Shown: positions 51,800-62,110, numbered from the stretch's first letter. The stretch is 64,000 bases of DNA from an uncultured Caldisericota bacterium (GCA_964427915.1 CAYRWA010000030.1:1592-65591); one strand, 5' to 3'. Numbers and translations are program-made. The notes: generated by a model from the letters alone, not told the origin.

Positions 51800-52842
51800 T
51801 GAAGTTCCTCCAAATATTTATCATTCAAAGTTTTAATATAGGTTGTTAGAAGTTCCACAATGTATTTACAATCTTTGAGATTTACTACTTCAACGGGAGT
51901 ATGCATATAGCGTAAAGGTAAACTTAGGAGTGCGGTAGGTATTCCACAACGAGCGATTTGTATAGAACCAGCATCTGTCCCTCCTGGCCTCGGGGAAGGT
52001 TCAAGTGTGAAAGGTATGTTTTTCTCTTCTGCCAATCGGCGAAGACTGGCTACAATTGTAGGAGTAAAGTTAGGACCAACACCAATACCAGGACCTTTAC
52101 CCAGAGGAAGACCTTCATAACTATTTTGCGAGCCAAAACCGACATCCATGGCGATGGCTATATTGGGTTCGATTTCCCATGCAGAGGTTCCTGCTCCTTT
52201 TGTACCAACTTCTTCCTGGGAAGAAAATACAAAATAAACATCCCAATCATGCACAATGGACATTAATTCACTAGCAATCGCCATGCTGATAACAGCACAT
52301 GAACGGTTGTCGAGTGTTTTACCAGCATAATTCTCAGAAAGGAGTTTGATAAAGGGAGACTTAAAAACAATCCCCGAGCCTACATGAATTCGTTTTCGAA
52401 GGGCATCCTCTGCAAGGCCTGTATCTAAAATGAGTGTATCATAGCTTGGAACCTTTGTGCGCTCTTCAGGTTTAACTAAATGGGGCGGTACAGTAGAAAA
52501 AACACAGGGAATAAGCTCGCCGTGAATATCACGAACGAAACATTCTTGGGCCTGGAGAATTTTCGGATCCACTCCTCCTCTTGGCTCGACACGTAAAAAG
52601 CCTTTGTCAAGGATGGACCCAACCACAAAACCAATTTCATCAATGTGGGTGGAGATCATAAGTTTTGCCCTTTGCAGTCCTTTCCCTTTTTTAATCGCAA
52701 CAAAACTACCCAAAGTATTGGTATAGGACTCATCTATGAAAGGGGCAATCTCTTTTTGAATCCACTGAATCACAAGGGACTCTTCTCCGCTTAAACCATA
52801 CAAATCTGTTATTTGCTGAAGATTCTTTTCCCAATCGAACAT
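51790..52842 (-). CDS. M42 (TET-like) aminopeptidase
   Basis: THIDE, KTLDNR, QEEVG, AMDVG, RYMHT. Confidence 0.93.
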   Translation of the reverse strand: MFDWEKNLQQITDLYGLSGEESLVIQWIQKEIAPFIDESYTNTLGSFVAIKKGKGLQRAKLMISTHIDEIGFVVGSILDKGFLRVEPRGGVDPKILQAQECFVRDIHGELIPCVFSTVPPHLVKPEERTKVPSYDTLILDTGLAEDALRKRIHVGSGIVFKSPFIKLLSENYAGKTLDNRSCAVISMAIASELMSIVHDWDVYFVFSSQEEVGTKGAGTSAWEIEPNIAIAMDVGFGSQNSYEGLPLGKGPGIGVGPNFTPTIVASLRRLAEEKNIPFTLEPSPRPGGTDAGSIQIARCGIPTALLSLPLRYMHTPVEVVNLKDCKYIVELLTTYIKTLNDKYLEELQWS

Positions 52843-54942
52843 CTACATCCTCCTTATCGTAACAGTTTGATTTGCTGCATTCCATTCGACAGCAGCTTGC
52901 AGGGCCTCTGAGATGGCCCGAATAGGTACAAATGTTCTACTTGTCCGTATTACAGGGGGCACATCCAGAGTTATAACGTTGTCATTTACTCGCATTTTAT
53001 TGGAACCAATGGTTAGTACAATCGTGGTGTCTCGATCTTGGATCGAAATTTCTTGTAGTTTAGAATTCCACTGTACTTCTGCTTGAAATGCTTCTGATAC
53101 AAAGCGTAAAGGAACCATTGTCCGTCCATTTGAAATATAGGGGGCTACATCCATTTCATGTTCTTCGCCATTAACAAAAGATGTGCGTTGATGAATCTGC
53201 AACTCGATGACGGTCTGAAGAAAACGAGACAATGGAATGAATTGAATACGGTGATTCCCTGCATCTGCAATAACGATTTGTTGTCGATAAAGAATCATTT
53301 TTTCAGGGAATAAAAAAAGTCCTGTTTCAAACCACAAATTAACTTGAGCATTGCTATCTTGGATAAATGTATTCGGACCACCAATGCTACCATAGTTTGA
53401 AAACAGGATTCCGTTACGGTTGTTATAAATTTCCACACAACATTTATCACGATTGACTACCAAAACACGATTATCAAGGGGTATGAAGTGGATCTTCGCC
53501 GTGGAAGAAGGGGTATAATTCTGCAAAGAAAAACTGCGGATGCTCGAACCAGAGGCGGTATCCAGTATAAAAATGATGCCTTTGTGGTTCAGTAGAGTTA
53601 GCTGTCCTTCTGATGCATAGAAGCTTTGGATGGTTTTCATGGAATCTTGAAATGAAAATGTTTTTTCAACAGTACCTTCTACAGATATTTGATGAATACA
53701 TTGGTTGTATTGATCTAGGGTATAAAGAAAAGGATGGATGTATTGTATGTGGGTGAAGTGACTACTGTTTGTTCCTTTGTAAAAAAGTTGACTTGTGGAT
53801 TGCGAGACAGAATAAATTTGATTGGATTTGTTAAGATCAATAACGTAAAGAGTGTCATTGTGCCCAGTACAAAGATCGGAAGGAAAAATGTAAGACGATG
53901 ATTCCTCGTTCAAGCGACCCATCTCTGCTATGAATTCATTGGTTTTGCTTTGGATGCACTTAATACTTCGGGTAACATCATCGTTGGTGTACAGAAGGCC
54001 TTCACCATTCACGCAGATGGTTGAAGGCCAATGCAACTCTAAAGGGCTTGCTGGTTTCATTTCCATAATAGACACTTCTAAAGTAGAGGTATGCATTTTC
54101 ATAATGGAATGAGGACGGGTTGTTGTGGCGTATAGGGTGTCTTCTTGCGCATAATACAAGCTATTGACAAGAAGGTTTTCTTGACTAAGTATTGTGGACA
54201 AGTGTTTGCCTTTGGCTGAATAAGTAAATACATTTCCTTTTGCATCAGCCACAAAAATCGTGTTATTATAATGCTCGATTGCGACAGGGATTGATATCAA
54301 CTCTTCTCCAATTACACGCACAGAAGATAGATCCCAATCCACCATCATAAACCCTCTTCTTTGGCAATCCACCAAGAGAATGTTCTGAGGAGAAATATCG
54401 ATATCTTTCAAATCAAGAAATGAAAGATTATCTACAGTGTCGTTTTCAAATAATAAAGATCCATTCGCTTCGAATGTGCACAAGGTACTTTTTGTGATTG
54501 CATATACGCGATCATTTACTACGGGGCTCGTTCGAATAAAATCAGATCGAGTTGTTGGTTTTTCAAAGGAGCGTTGATAAATACCAGTTTTTGAAAAAAC
54601 CTGAATCCTTCCTTCATTTTTTTTGTAATCATGGATAGAAGTAACAAAAATTTCATCCTCTGTGGTTTGAATACCTTGGAGGGAGATGAATTGTCCATTG
54701 TTTGACCCGTACCCGCCAAAATGAAAGTAGGGACGAAAATCGGTGTCATATGCTTGAACTTGGGCGTTATTGGTGTCACAAACATAAATATATTCATCGT
54801 TTCCTGCAATGCTAGTGCCAACTTCAAAAAACCCGGGATTCCAAATTTTCCCAGCGATTTGAATATCCTCTTGAGCCAAAACAGGAAAAAAACAACACAA
54901 AAAAACTACAACGAGAGAAATCGATACGAATCGCTTCTTCAT
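52843..54942 (-). CDS. Secreted NHL-repeat beta-propeller protein with a stalk domain
   Basis: Signal peptide; IYVCDTNN..VQ, GS.NGQF, IADAGNHRIQ; DVAPYISNGRTMVPLRFVSE. Confidence 0.8.
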   Translation of the reverse strand: MKKRFVSISLVVVFLCCFFPVLAQEDIQIAGKIWNPGFFEVGTSIAGNDEYIYVCDTNNAQVQAYDTDFRPYFHFGGYGSNNGQFISLQGIQTTEDEIFVTSIHDYKKNEGRIQVFSKTGIYQRSFEKPTTRSDFIRTSPVVNDRVYAITKSTLCTFEANGSLLFENDTVDNLSFLDLKDIDISPQNILLVDCQRRGFMMVDWDLSSVRVIGEELISIPVAIEHYNNTIFVADAKGNVFTYSAKGKHLSTILSQENLLVNSLYYAQEDTLYATTTRPHSIMKMHTSTLEVSIMEMKPASPLELHWPSTICVNGEGLLYTNDDVTRSIKCIQSKTNEFIAEMGRLNEESSSYIFPSDLCTGHNDTLYVIDLNKSNQIYSVSQSTSQLFYKGTNSSHFTHIQYIHPFLYTLDQYNQCIHQISVEGTVEKTFSFQDSMKTIQSFYASEGQLTLLNHKGIIFILDTASGSSIRSFSLQNYTPSSTAKIHFIPLDNRVLVVNRDKCCVEIYNNRNGILFSNYGSIGGPNTFIQDSNAQVNLWFETGLFLFPEKMILYRQQIVIADAGNHRIQFIPLSRFLQTVIELQIHQRTSFVNGEEHEMDVAPYISNGRTMVPLRFVSEAFQAEVQWNSKLQEISIQDRDTTIVLTIGSNKMRVNDNVITLDVPPVIRTSRTFVPIRAISEALQAAVEWNAANQTVTIRRM

Positions 54943-55940
54943 GATTCTAATCCTTTAAATTCGGTTATATTTCTACCACAGATCGAACATGTATTGTGCG
55001 TTATATTATGAATACGTACCCTACTCTGCATTCGCTCGATCCATAATGAATGGCAGGTAGGACAATATGTATTGTATAAGTCGGGATCATATTGAGGAGA
55101 GATGTTTCCACCATATACAAAGGATAACGTTTTTTTTGCTTGTTGGCAAATTGATCGGATTGATTCAGGAGATGTTCCGGGAATCCTAGATTTCCATTGC
55201 GGATAGTAAGCACTGAAATGGACAGGGATAGAAGGGTTGATGGAAGAGATAATGCTGCAGATATCGTCAACAGAAGAAGTGGAATCGTTTATGCCAGGTA
55301 CCACCAAATGGGTTACTTCTGTTGAGCAGTGTTGCGCTATTATTTTTATAGCATTTACTACTGGTTCTAACCGGCCACCGGCATACTTCTTGTAAGAATC
55401 TGTAGTAGAAAATTTTACGTCAACATTGGCCGCATCCACAAAAGGAACCAGTTCCAACAGAGGTTTCTCGTTGATATAGCCATTGGTCACCAAGACGGTT
55501 TCCAAATTGTTTTTTTTACAAAAGGAGAACAAATCTATGGCGGTTTCTATGTTAACAAGGGGTTCATTGTATGTTAGAGCGATGCCAACGGCATGGTGTT
55601 TGCACGCTTGTGCAACAATGAATTCGAGTGACAAGGTTTCTCCAAGAGAGTGATTTTGCGAGATGGAATGGTTTTGACAATAAAAACAAGTCAAATTGCA
55701 CCCATAACCACCTAATGACAAAATGCTTTTGCCGGGGAAAAAATGGTACAGAGGTTTCTTTTCTAGGGGATCAATACAAATGGAAGAAAACTTGTAGTAA
55801 CGTTGATTCCATAGTTTCTGATCGATGTTTGTATAGGTTCCACATAGGCCAGATTGATGAGGGGCAATTATACATTCATTCGGACAGCACTCACAAATAC
55901 AAACATTTTCTTTTTGTCGATACCATTTTGCTTTTTGCAT
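54939..55940 (-). CDS. amrS: AmmeMemoRadiSam system radical SAM enzyme
   Basis: CECCPNEC...GLCG, DPLEKKPLYHF.PG, CNLTCFYCQN, YNEP, HFSAYYP. Confidence 0.88.
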   Translation of the reverse strand: MQKAKWYRQKENVCICECCPNECIIAPHQSGLCGTYTNIDQKLWNQRYYKFSSICIDPLEKKPLYHFFPGKSILSLGGYGCNLTCFYCQNHSISQNHSLGETLSLEFIVAQACKHHAVGIALTYNEPLVNIETAIDLFSFCKKNNLETVLVTNGYINEKPLLELVPFVDAANVDVKFSTTDSYKKYAGGRLEPVVNAIKIIAQHCSTEVTHLVVPGINDSTSSVDDICSIISSINPSIPVHFSAYYPQWKSRIPGTSPESIRSICQQAKKTLSFVYGGNISPQYDPDLYNTYCPTCHSLWIERMQSRVRIHNITHNTCSICGRNITEFKGLES

Positions 55941-55995
55941 TTATATCACCTACTTTAATTTTACCTTTTTTACTTGATTTTTGTATAATAGAGGG

Positions 55996-57099
55996 ATGAA
56001 AAAAGGCTATATATTTGCCAATACAAAAATTACACTTACATCTCTGGAAAATTGTTTTTCTGTAATACCGGATTTTGAGGTTACAGGATCCCTTCATCTT
56101 GCTATTGGAGAAGAAATTTTAGTAACCAATAAACCGGATATCATTTTTTTGTCTGATGAATTTCCCCACAGAGAAAGTGCTCATTTTCTTGATCGCCTAG
56201 AAAACACCCATCTGTTTGAAAATATCTCTATCCTTTTTATTGTTTTTGAATTGAATGAATCGCAAATGAAGTGGCTTCTTCAAGAAAAACGAATTGATTT
56301 TTGGTTGCCATTTAATGCCAGTGTTTTCGAACGAAAATTTTGTATTGAAAGAGCTTTAAAAAGGAAAGAACAAAACAGGCTTTTGTATCATTTGCAGATG
56401 CAAAATACATATCTCCAATCCACACTTACAAACTATGAACAAAAATCGAAATACCAACAAAAAAGCGTTGAAAAAGATTATATTCAGCTTTTTTTAGATT
56501 TTATCCAATCTAGTCGGAGTTTTTTATCTAGCATCGAAGGAGCTTCTTCCATTTTATCCCATACCCCTATTGATGAACATAGCCGATTAGAAGCAATAAA
56601 AGTGTTGAAAAGCAATACGAAAAAAATGATCGATTTTTTAGAAGAAAAAAGCAATTTCTACGAAGAGAAAAAGCTTTTAACAAATGGAATCAAAATTGCA
56701 ACGGTTTCAAAAGTGATGTCCTCTATGCGAGATAAAATCTTGTTTTTAGCACATAAAGAGAATATTAATTTAAAAATTCATGTTGATAATTTGCATCAAG
56801 TAATTGTAGGAAGAAGAGAAGATTTTGTGTATGTTGTTGATACTACGGTTTCAACGTTCATTGGTTTGGTGAAGCCCAACTCTACGGTAGATTTTTATGT
56901 TCGAACTACGGAATCAGCTCTTTTGGTTGATTTTTATTTAGAAACCTCTGAAAGATCCTTGCATCTTGAGGAGCTAATTGATACTTTTGGGAAAGACAAT
57001 GTTTGTAGAAGAATGTTGGATTCAATTGGAGCACAATTTGAGTTTCTTCAAAGAGACCAGAAAGTCGGAATCAAGTTCTATCTTCCGCGTTTAAGTTAA
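55996..57099 (+). CDS. Degenerate receiver/histidine-kinase-like protein
   Basis: Receiver-like KPDIIFLSD, coiled coil, HisKA-like SRSFLSSIEG without the His, eroded ATPase-like tail. Confidence 0.45.
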   Translation: MKKGYIFANTKITLTSLENCFSVIPDFEVTGSLHLAIGEEILVTNKPDIIFLSDEFPHRESAHFLDRLENTHLFENISILFIVFELNESQMKWLLQEKRIDFWLPFNASVFERKFCIERALKRKEQNRLLYHLQMQNTYLQSTLTNYEQKSKYQQKSVEKDYIQLFLDFIQSSRSFLSSIEGASSILSHTPIDEHSRLEAIKVLKSNTKKMIDFLEEKSNFYEEKKLLTNGIKIATVSKVMSSMRDKILFLAHKENINLKIHVDNLHQVIVGRREDFVYVVDTTVSTFIGLVKPNSTVDFYVRTTESALLVDFYLETSERSLHLEELIDTFGKDNVCRRMLDSIGAQFEFLQRDQKVGIKFYLPRLS

Positions 57100-57103
57100 C
57101 AGT

Positions 57104-57790
57104 TTATTCGGCGTCTTCATCCCCAATTAAAATCTGCTGCACAGTATCGACATGTTTGCGTTCTGCAATCAGATAGACAATATCGTTCTCCTGTAAAACC
57201 AAATCTCCATAGGGAATTTGAATAGCATCTTCCCGGTAAAGAGCTATAGCCAAAGATCCTGATGGAATATTTAATTCCGCAAAACTTTTCCCGATAGCTG
57301 GTGAAGAGTAGGATAATACATGGCGAATAATCTCAAATTTACTTTTATCACTCAAAAATTCAGGAATCACAAAAGGAAAACCGCAGTATCTGCACTTGAT
57401 GGTTTCCAAGATCATTTTCGAAACAATAAAGGTTGTAGTATAGGTAAAGTCAATCCCAAGTTTTTTGAAAATCGATTCATTTCTTGGGTCATTGATTCTT
57501 GCCATGGTTACGTGGACTTTAAAAGTAATTTTTGCCAATTGACAGGCTACAAAGTTATCTTCGTCTCTACCGGTTACGGCTACCAAATAATCTGCCTGTC
57601 CAGTACCAGCAGACTCTAATATTGAATGATCGGTCCCATCTCCGTGGATTACCAAAGCATTCATATCCGTAGCAATCTTTTCACATTTTTCCGCGTCTTT
57701 TTCAATAATGGAAACGGAGTATCCAATTGTAAGAAGCTCTCTGCATAAATTGTTTCCTACTTTGCCACCACCAACGATAATAACATGCAT
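57104..57790 (-). CDS. TrkA/KtrA RCK-domain protein
   Basis: IVGGGKVG, GDGTD..IL..AG, VTGRDEDN, RCK_C domain. Confidence 0.92.
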   Translation of the reverse strand: MHVIIVGGGKVGNNLCRELLTIGYSVSIIEKDAEKCEKIATDMNALVIHGDGTDHSILESAGTGQADYLVAVTGRDEDNFVACQLAKITFKVHVTMARINDPRNESIFKKLGIDFTYTTTFIVSKMILETIKCRYCGFPFVIPEFLSDKSKFEIIRHVLSYSSPAIGKSFAELNIPSGSLAIALYREDAIQIPYGDLVLQENDIVYLIAERKHVDTVQQILIGDEDAE

Positions 57791-57791
57791 A

Positions 57792-58448
57792 TTAGGACTC
57801 CTGTTTTTTTCCGAATATTTTGGAAGACTCGTGAATAGAGTGGATATTGATAGCTGTGATAATGCGATCGCCCTTGGAAAGTTTGATCGAGTTTTTTGCA
57901 AGAGAAATTTTGTGGTTTCTTACAATAGCGATTACGCGAAGGTCGTTACTTTTTTCCAGATCGGCAACAGATTCATCAGCCCCGATGGGTTCGTAAATGT
58001 GTTCCATTATTTCAAAGCTTTGATTAACATACAAATTGGCACTATTCTCGCCCATGATAAAACGACTGTATACTTGTTCAGCACTTAATATAGTGGGAGA
58101 AACAATTTCTAGCCCCAATGCGCGAAACGTTTTTTCTCTACTTGGGTTGTAAACGCGCGTAATAACACGTTTTACTTTGAAAATTGTTTTTGCTACCGCT
58201 GAGGACATAATGTTAACGTTGTCATTTTCTGTCAGCGTAGCAGCTACATCAGCCTGTTCAATTCCTGCTTGTTTAAGAATCGACTCATCAAACCCATAGC
58301 CAGCAATGGTTAATCCATCAAATTCAGAGGGCAATCTGTTAAAAGCTTCTTCATTTTTATCAATCACCGCAACATTATGACCATTTCGAGCAACCATAGC
58401 TGCAACCCTAGATCCAACTAAGCCACAACCAATTATTACGCAATACAT
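57792..58448 (-). CDS. TrkA/KtrA RCK-domain protein
   Basis: IIGCGLVG, LKQAGIEQAD, TENDNVN. Confidence 0.92.
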   Translation of the reverse strand: MYCVIIGCGLVGSRVAAMVARNGHNVAVIDKNEEAFNRLPSEFDGLTIAGYGFDESILKQAGIEQADVAATLTENDNVNIMSSAVAKTIFKVKRVITRVYNPSREKTFRALGLEIVSPTILSAEQVYSRFIMGENSANLYVNQSFEIMEHIYEPIGADESVADLEKSNDLRVIAIVRNHKISLAKNSIKLSKGDRIITAINIHSIHESSKIFGKKQES

Positions 58449-58553
58449 ACGTTCCTCCTGAAAGTAAAAGTACAGTATACTCATTTTTGATTCAAGATTG
58501 AACCTTTCTTTCAAGTTTTCTTATTTAAACTGAACATATTTCCAAGGAGGCTA

Positions 58554-59309
58554 TTGATGAAACAACGTAAAATAATTACCTTAGCTGTTATTGTGAGCGT
58601 TTTATTGACACTTTTTATGATCCATACGAATGTGAATGCCGATCAGCTCAAGTCCGATCCCGAGAATCCGAAAAATCTGTACGTGACTGGCACAGGCGTG
58701 ATTAAAGCAGAACCCGATATGGCAATTATAAGCGGTGGTATTGTTACCCAGGAAGAAGAAGCTGCCTTATCACAAGCTAGAAACAATGAGTTGACAAAAA
58801 ATGTTATTACAGCAATGCTCGAAGCAGACATTGCAGAAGAAGACATTCAAACTGTCTCATACAACGTTAGCCCCGTTTATTCCTATAAATCTGGAGAAGA
58901 ACCCAAATTGATAGGGTACAAAACAACACATCAACTATCTATTGCTGTGAAGAATCTAGATGCCCTTGGTGAATTGATCGACCTAGCCATGGAAACGGGC
59001 ATGAATCAAATACAAGGAATTCGTTTTGACATGCAACATCGAGAAGAGCTACAAAGGCAAGCAATCGAAGCAGCCACTGTAGACGCTAGAACCAAGGCCG
59101 AAGCAGCCATAAAACCGGAAGGGTTGGGTCTTGTAGAATTACAAGAATTGCACGTTTTGACATCAGATTCTGCTACGCCAACGAAAAGAAATCTTGACGG
59201 TGGCGCTCCAGAATCAACTGGTTCTATGGTGATGCCTGGCACTCAATCAATTGTAGCCCAGGTGCAAGCAACCTATACATTTGCATGCCCCCCAAATAAC
59301 CAAGAATAA
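58554..59309 (+). CDS. SIMPL (DUF541) domain protein
   Basis: VTGTG.IKAEPDMA, DIQT.SYNVSPVY, A..DA..KAE. Confidence 0.9.
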   Translation: MMKQRKIITLAVIVSVLLTLFMIHTNVNADQLKSDPENPKNLYVTGTGVIKAEPDMAIISGGIVTQEEEAALSQARNNELTKNVITAMLEADIAEEDIQTVSYNVSPVYSYKSGEEPKLIGYKTTHQLSIAVKNLDALGELIDLAMETGMNQIQGIRFDMQHREELQRQAIEAATVDARTKAEAAIKPEGLGLVELQELHVLTSDSATPTKRNLDGGAPESTGSMVMPGTQSIVAQVQATYTFACPPNNQE

Positions 59310-59343
59310 GGTAACTGGTAAAAAATTGCATTAAATTCCGTTT

Positions 59344-59390
59344 CCTCTTCCTGTTTTTGATATACTTGTAAAAAAACAGGAAGAGGTTTT
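59344..59390 (+). promoter_or_regulatory. 15-bp hairpin covering the guaA RBS, with an extended -10 in its loop
   Basis: CCTCTTCCTGTTTTT (59344-59358) pairs with AAAAACAGGAAGAGG (59372-59386), followed by TTTT; TGnTATACT at 59358-59366. Confidence 0.65.
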
Positions 59391-59393
59391 CAT

Positions 59394-60917
59394 ATGATTG
59401 CAATTATTGATTTTGGATCGCAGTTTACACAGCTTATTGCAAGAAAAGTTAGAGAACTAGGTATATACTCAAAAATTTACCCCTATTATGTTACCCAAAA
59501 TGATCTTCAAGATGTAGAAGCAATCATTCTTTCTGGAGGACCTTGTTCTGTTTTATCCCCAGATGCACCCCGCCTAAAACAAGAAATTTGGGATATGAAA
59601 ATTCCCATATTGGCATTTTGTTATGGATATCAACTGATGACTCTTCAGTATGGTGGTACTATTGTAAAAAGACAGCAGGCTCGAGAATATGGGAAAACCA
59701 CTCTCCAGGTACTGCACAATACGTCTCCACTGACAGAGAATATTCCTCAAGAATCTACCGTTTGGATGTCGCATGAAGATGGTGTAGAAAAGGCACCACC
59801 CAATTTTTCTGTGCTTGCCAAAACGGATCATTCCCCGGTAGCCATTTTTGAAAACCCTTCTCTTGGGCGATATGGGTTGCAGTTTCACCCCGAAGTACAC
59901 CATTGTGAGTTTGGTTTCCAATTTTTCCACAATTTTCTTTTTTCTGTTTTGCAAGCAAAAAAAGATTGGAATCTCTCTGATTTTATTCAAGATCAGATAC
60001 AAGAAATTCAGAAAAAAGTAGGATCTAACAATGTGATTTGTGGTATTAGTGGGGGGGTCGATTCCTCAGTCGCTGCACTGCTTGTTTCGAAAGCTGTTGG
60101 GAATCGGTTAAAGTGTATTTTTGTTGATCATGGGCTTCTACGCCTGAATGAAGGGGATGAAGTCATTCAGATGTTACAGGAATTAGGATTGAATATCGAA
60201 AGACTGAATGTATCTGATGTTTTTTTACAAGCCTTGAAAGGCATATCGGATCCAGAACAAAAACGAAAGCTAATTGGCAAGCTTTTTATCGATGTTTTTG
60301 CAAAGGAAGCAGCCATTTTTGATGCAGACTTTCTTGTGCAAGGAACTTTGTACCCAGATGTTATTGAAAGCTCTGGAGGCGTTTCTGGCATTGCTGCAAA
60401 AATAAAAAGCCATCACAATGTGGGAGGCCTTCCTGAAAAAATGGAACTAAAGCTAATTGAACCTTTGCAGTTTTTGTTTAAAGACGAAGTACGCGTGATT
60501 GGAGAAAAACTTGGACTTCCATCTCACTTTGTACATCGGCATCCGTTCCCTGGACCAGGACTTGCAATCAGGATTATTGGGGAAGTTACTTCTGACCGCA
60601 TTGAGTTGTTGCAAAAAGCCGATTTTATAATGCGCTCGGAAATAGCACAATACGACAAAGATCAACAGATATGGCAAGCACTTGCCGTGCTTCTACCCAT
60701 CAAAACGGTAGGAGTGATGGGCGACGAAAGGACATACCAGAACGTTGTTGCATTGCGGCTGGTGGAATCTGTTGACGGAATGACAGCCAATTGGCATCAT
60801 CTTCCATCTTCCGTTTTGGAACGCATAAGCAATCGTATTACCAATGAGGTACATGGAATTAACCGTGTAGTTTATGATATTACATCAAAGCCCCCAGCTA
60901 CTATTGAATGGGAGTAG
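59394..60917 (+). CDS. guaA: GMP synthase (glutamine-hydrolysing)
   Basis: DFGSQ, FCYG, QFHPEV, SGGVDS, IKSHHN, RHPFPGPGL, KPPATIEWE. Confidence 0.98.
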   Translation: MIAIIDFGSQFTQLIARKVRELGIYSKIYPYYVTQNDLQDVEAIILSGGPCSVLSPDAPRLKQEIWDMKIPILAFCYGYQLMTLQYGGTIVKRQQAREYGKTTLQVLHNTSPLTENIPQESTVWMSHEDGVEKAPPNFSVLAKTDHSPVAIFENPSLGRYGLQFHPEVHHCEFGFQFFHNFLFSVLQAKKDWNLSDFIQDQIQEIQKKVGSNNVICGISGGVDSSVAALLVSKAVGNRLKCIFVDHGLLRLNEGDEVIQMLQELGLNIERLNVSDVFLQALKGISDPEQKRKLIGKLFIDVFAKEAAIFDADFLVQGTLYPDVIESSGGVSGIAAKIKSHHNVGGLPEKMELKLIEPLQFLFKDEVRVIGEKLGLPSHFVHRHPFPGPGLAIRIIGEVTSDRIELLQKADFIMRSEIAQYDKDQQIWQALAVLLPIKTVGVMGDERTYQNVVALRLVESVDGMTANWHHLPSSVLERISNRITNEVHGINRVVYDITSKPPATIEWE

Positions 60918-60919
60918 AT

Positions 60920-62104
60920 ATGATATCTCGCAAAGAACGAATTACTATTCGAAAGAATGCAGATGCCTTTCTCATGCAAAAAGACTACCAAGCAGCCATT
61001 GATGAGTTTTTAAAGGGATTGAAAATAGACCCTTCTTATCTTTGGTACGAGCTATTTATAGGAGACATCTATTATTTCTTTCTGCATGACTCAAATACTG
61101 CACTTCAGTGGTATCAGTCATGTTATACCAAAGGAAAAGGGCTCTTTGATACCACGCCCTATACTCCTTTGCGATATCTTTTAAAACGTCTTTCTAAAAT
61201 TGTATTCTCACAAGAGAACTATCTTCTTGCTGCCACGTTTTATGAAGAATTTATAGCGTTTCGCCCATCCAATTTTCATGAAAACGATTTTCTACGATAT
61301 GCGCATTCTCTTGAAAAAATTGGCAAAAGAGAAGAAGCATTGGAAGTCTTAGAGCTGGGGAAAAAGTTCTCCAAAAGCCGAGCTATTCGAGAAAAATTAA
61401 ACCAGATGACCAATTCTTCGCAACCCCCTCCGTCCTTTCCTGTATACAAAAATGGATACAAGAGAATCCCTATTAAAACAGACATTATTGTTCCTGGCGA
61501 TTCGATTCCTTCTATAGTGGAGTCACTAACAAAAAACATACGACAAAAAGGAGATATCCTAACCATCGCTTCGTGTGTGGTTGCTGTTGCAGAAAATCGA
61601 AAAAAAACAATTGATGTAGTAACAGCCTCTTGGTTGGCACGTTTGCTATCACGTTTTGTCCACGATGATAATTTTGATTTTGGTGGCAATGCACCCTTGT
61701 GCAACCCATTGTCTATGCAAATGGCAATGGATGAATCTGGTTGGTGGCGGATTCTGTTTGCAGCTCTATTTGGAGGGTTTATTAGTAAACTTTGGAAAGG
61801 ATCAGGTATGTTTTATCGGTTGGCTGGAGAACAAGCTGCCTTAATTGATGATATGCCTGGGGCCATTGCTCCTTTTGATTATTCTATTATTCTAGGTCCT
61901 CTTGATTCCAACCAAACGGCCCATGAAATCAAAAATCGTACAGGCTGTGATGCAGCAATTCTAGATGCAAATGATCTTGACATTGCTTGGGCCGTAGGAT
62001 GTAGCAATGAGTCATTACGTTCTACCATTGAACAAGCGATGTGTGATAATCCTGCCGGCAACGGAGATCAACAAACACCCATCATTCTATTAAGGCCCAG
62101 CTAA
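60920..62104 (+). CDS. TPR domain fused to an F420-0:gamma-glutamyl ligase (CofE)-like domain
   Basis: N-terminal TPR helices; C-terminal IPIKT..I..GD, GD..TIAS.VVA, IDD, DAND, DNPAGNGDQQTP. Confidence 0.7.
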   Translation: MISRKERITIRKNADAFLMQKDYQAAIDEFLKGLKIDPSYLWYELFIGDIYYFFLHDSNTALQWYQSCYTKGKGLFDTTPYTPLRYLLKRLSKIVFSQENYLLAATFYEEFIAFRPSNFHENDFLRYAHSLEKIGKREEALEVLELGKKFSKSRAIREKLNQMTNSSQPPPSFPVYKNGYKRIPIKTDIIVPGDSIPSIVESLTKNIRQKGDILTIASCVVAVAENRKKTIDVVTASWLARLLSRFVHDDNFDFGGNAPLCNPLSMQMAMDESGWWRILFAALFGGFISKLWKGSGMFYRLAGEQAALIDDMPGAIAPFDYSIILGPLDSNQTAHEIKNRTGCDAAILDANDLDIAWAVGCSNESLRSTIEQAMCDNPAGNGDQQTPIILLRPS

Positions 62105-62110
62105 TTTTTC

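Noticed and set aside
54939-55940. amrS without amrA/amrB as a novel system
   Set aside because: AmmeMemoRadiSam partners are often unlinked, so absence from this window is uninformative.
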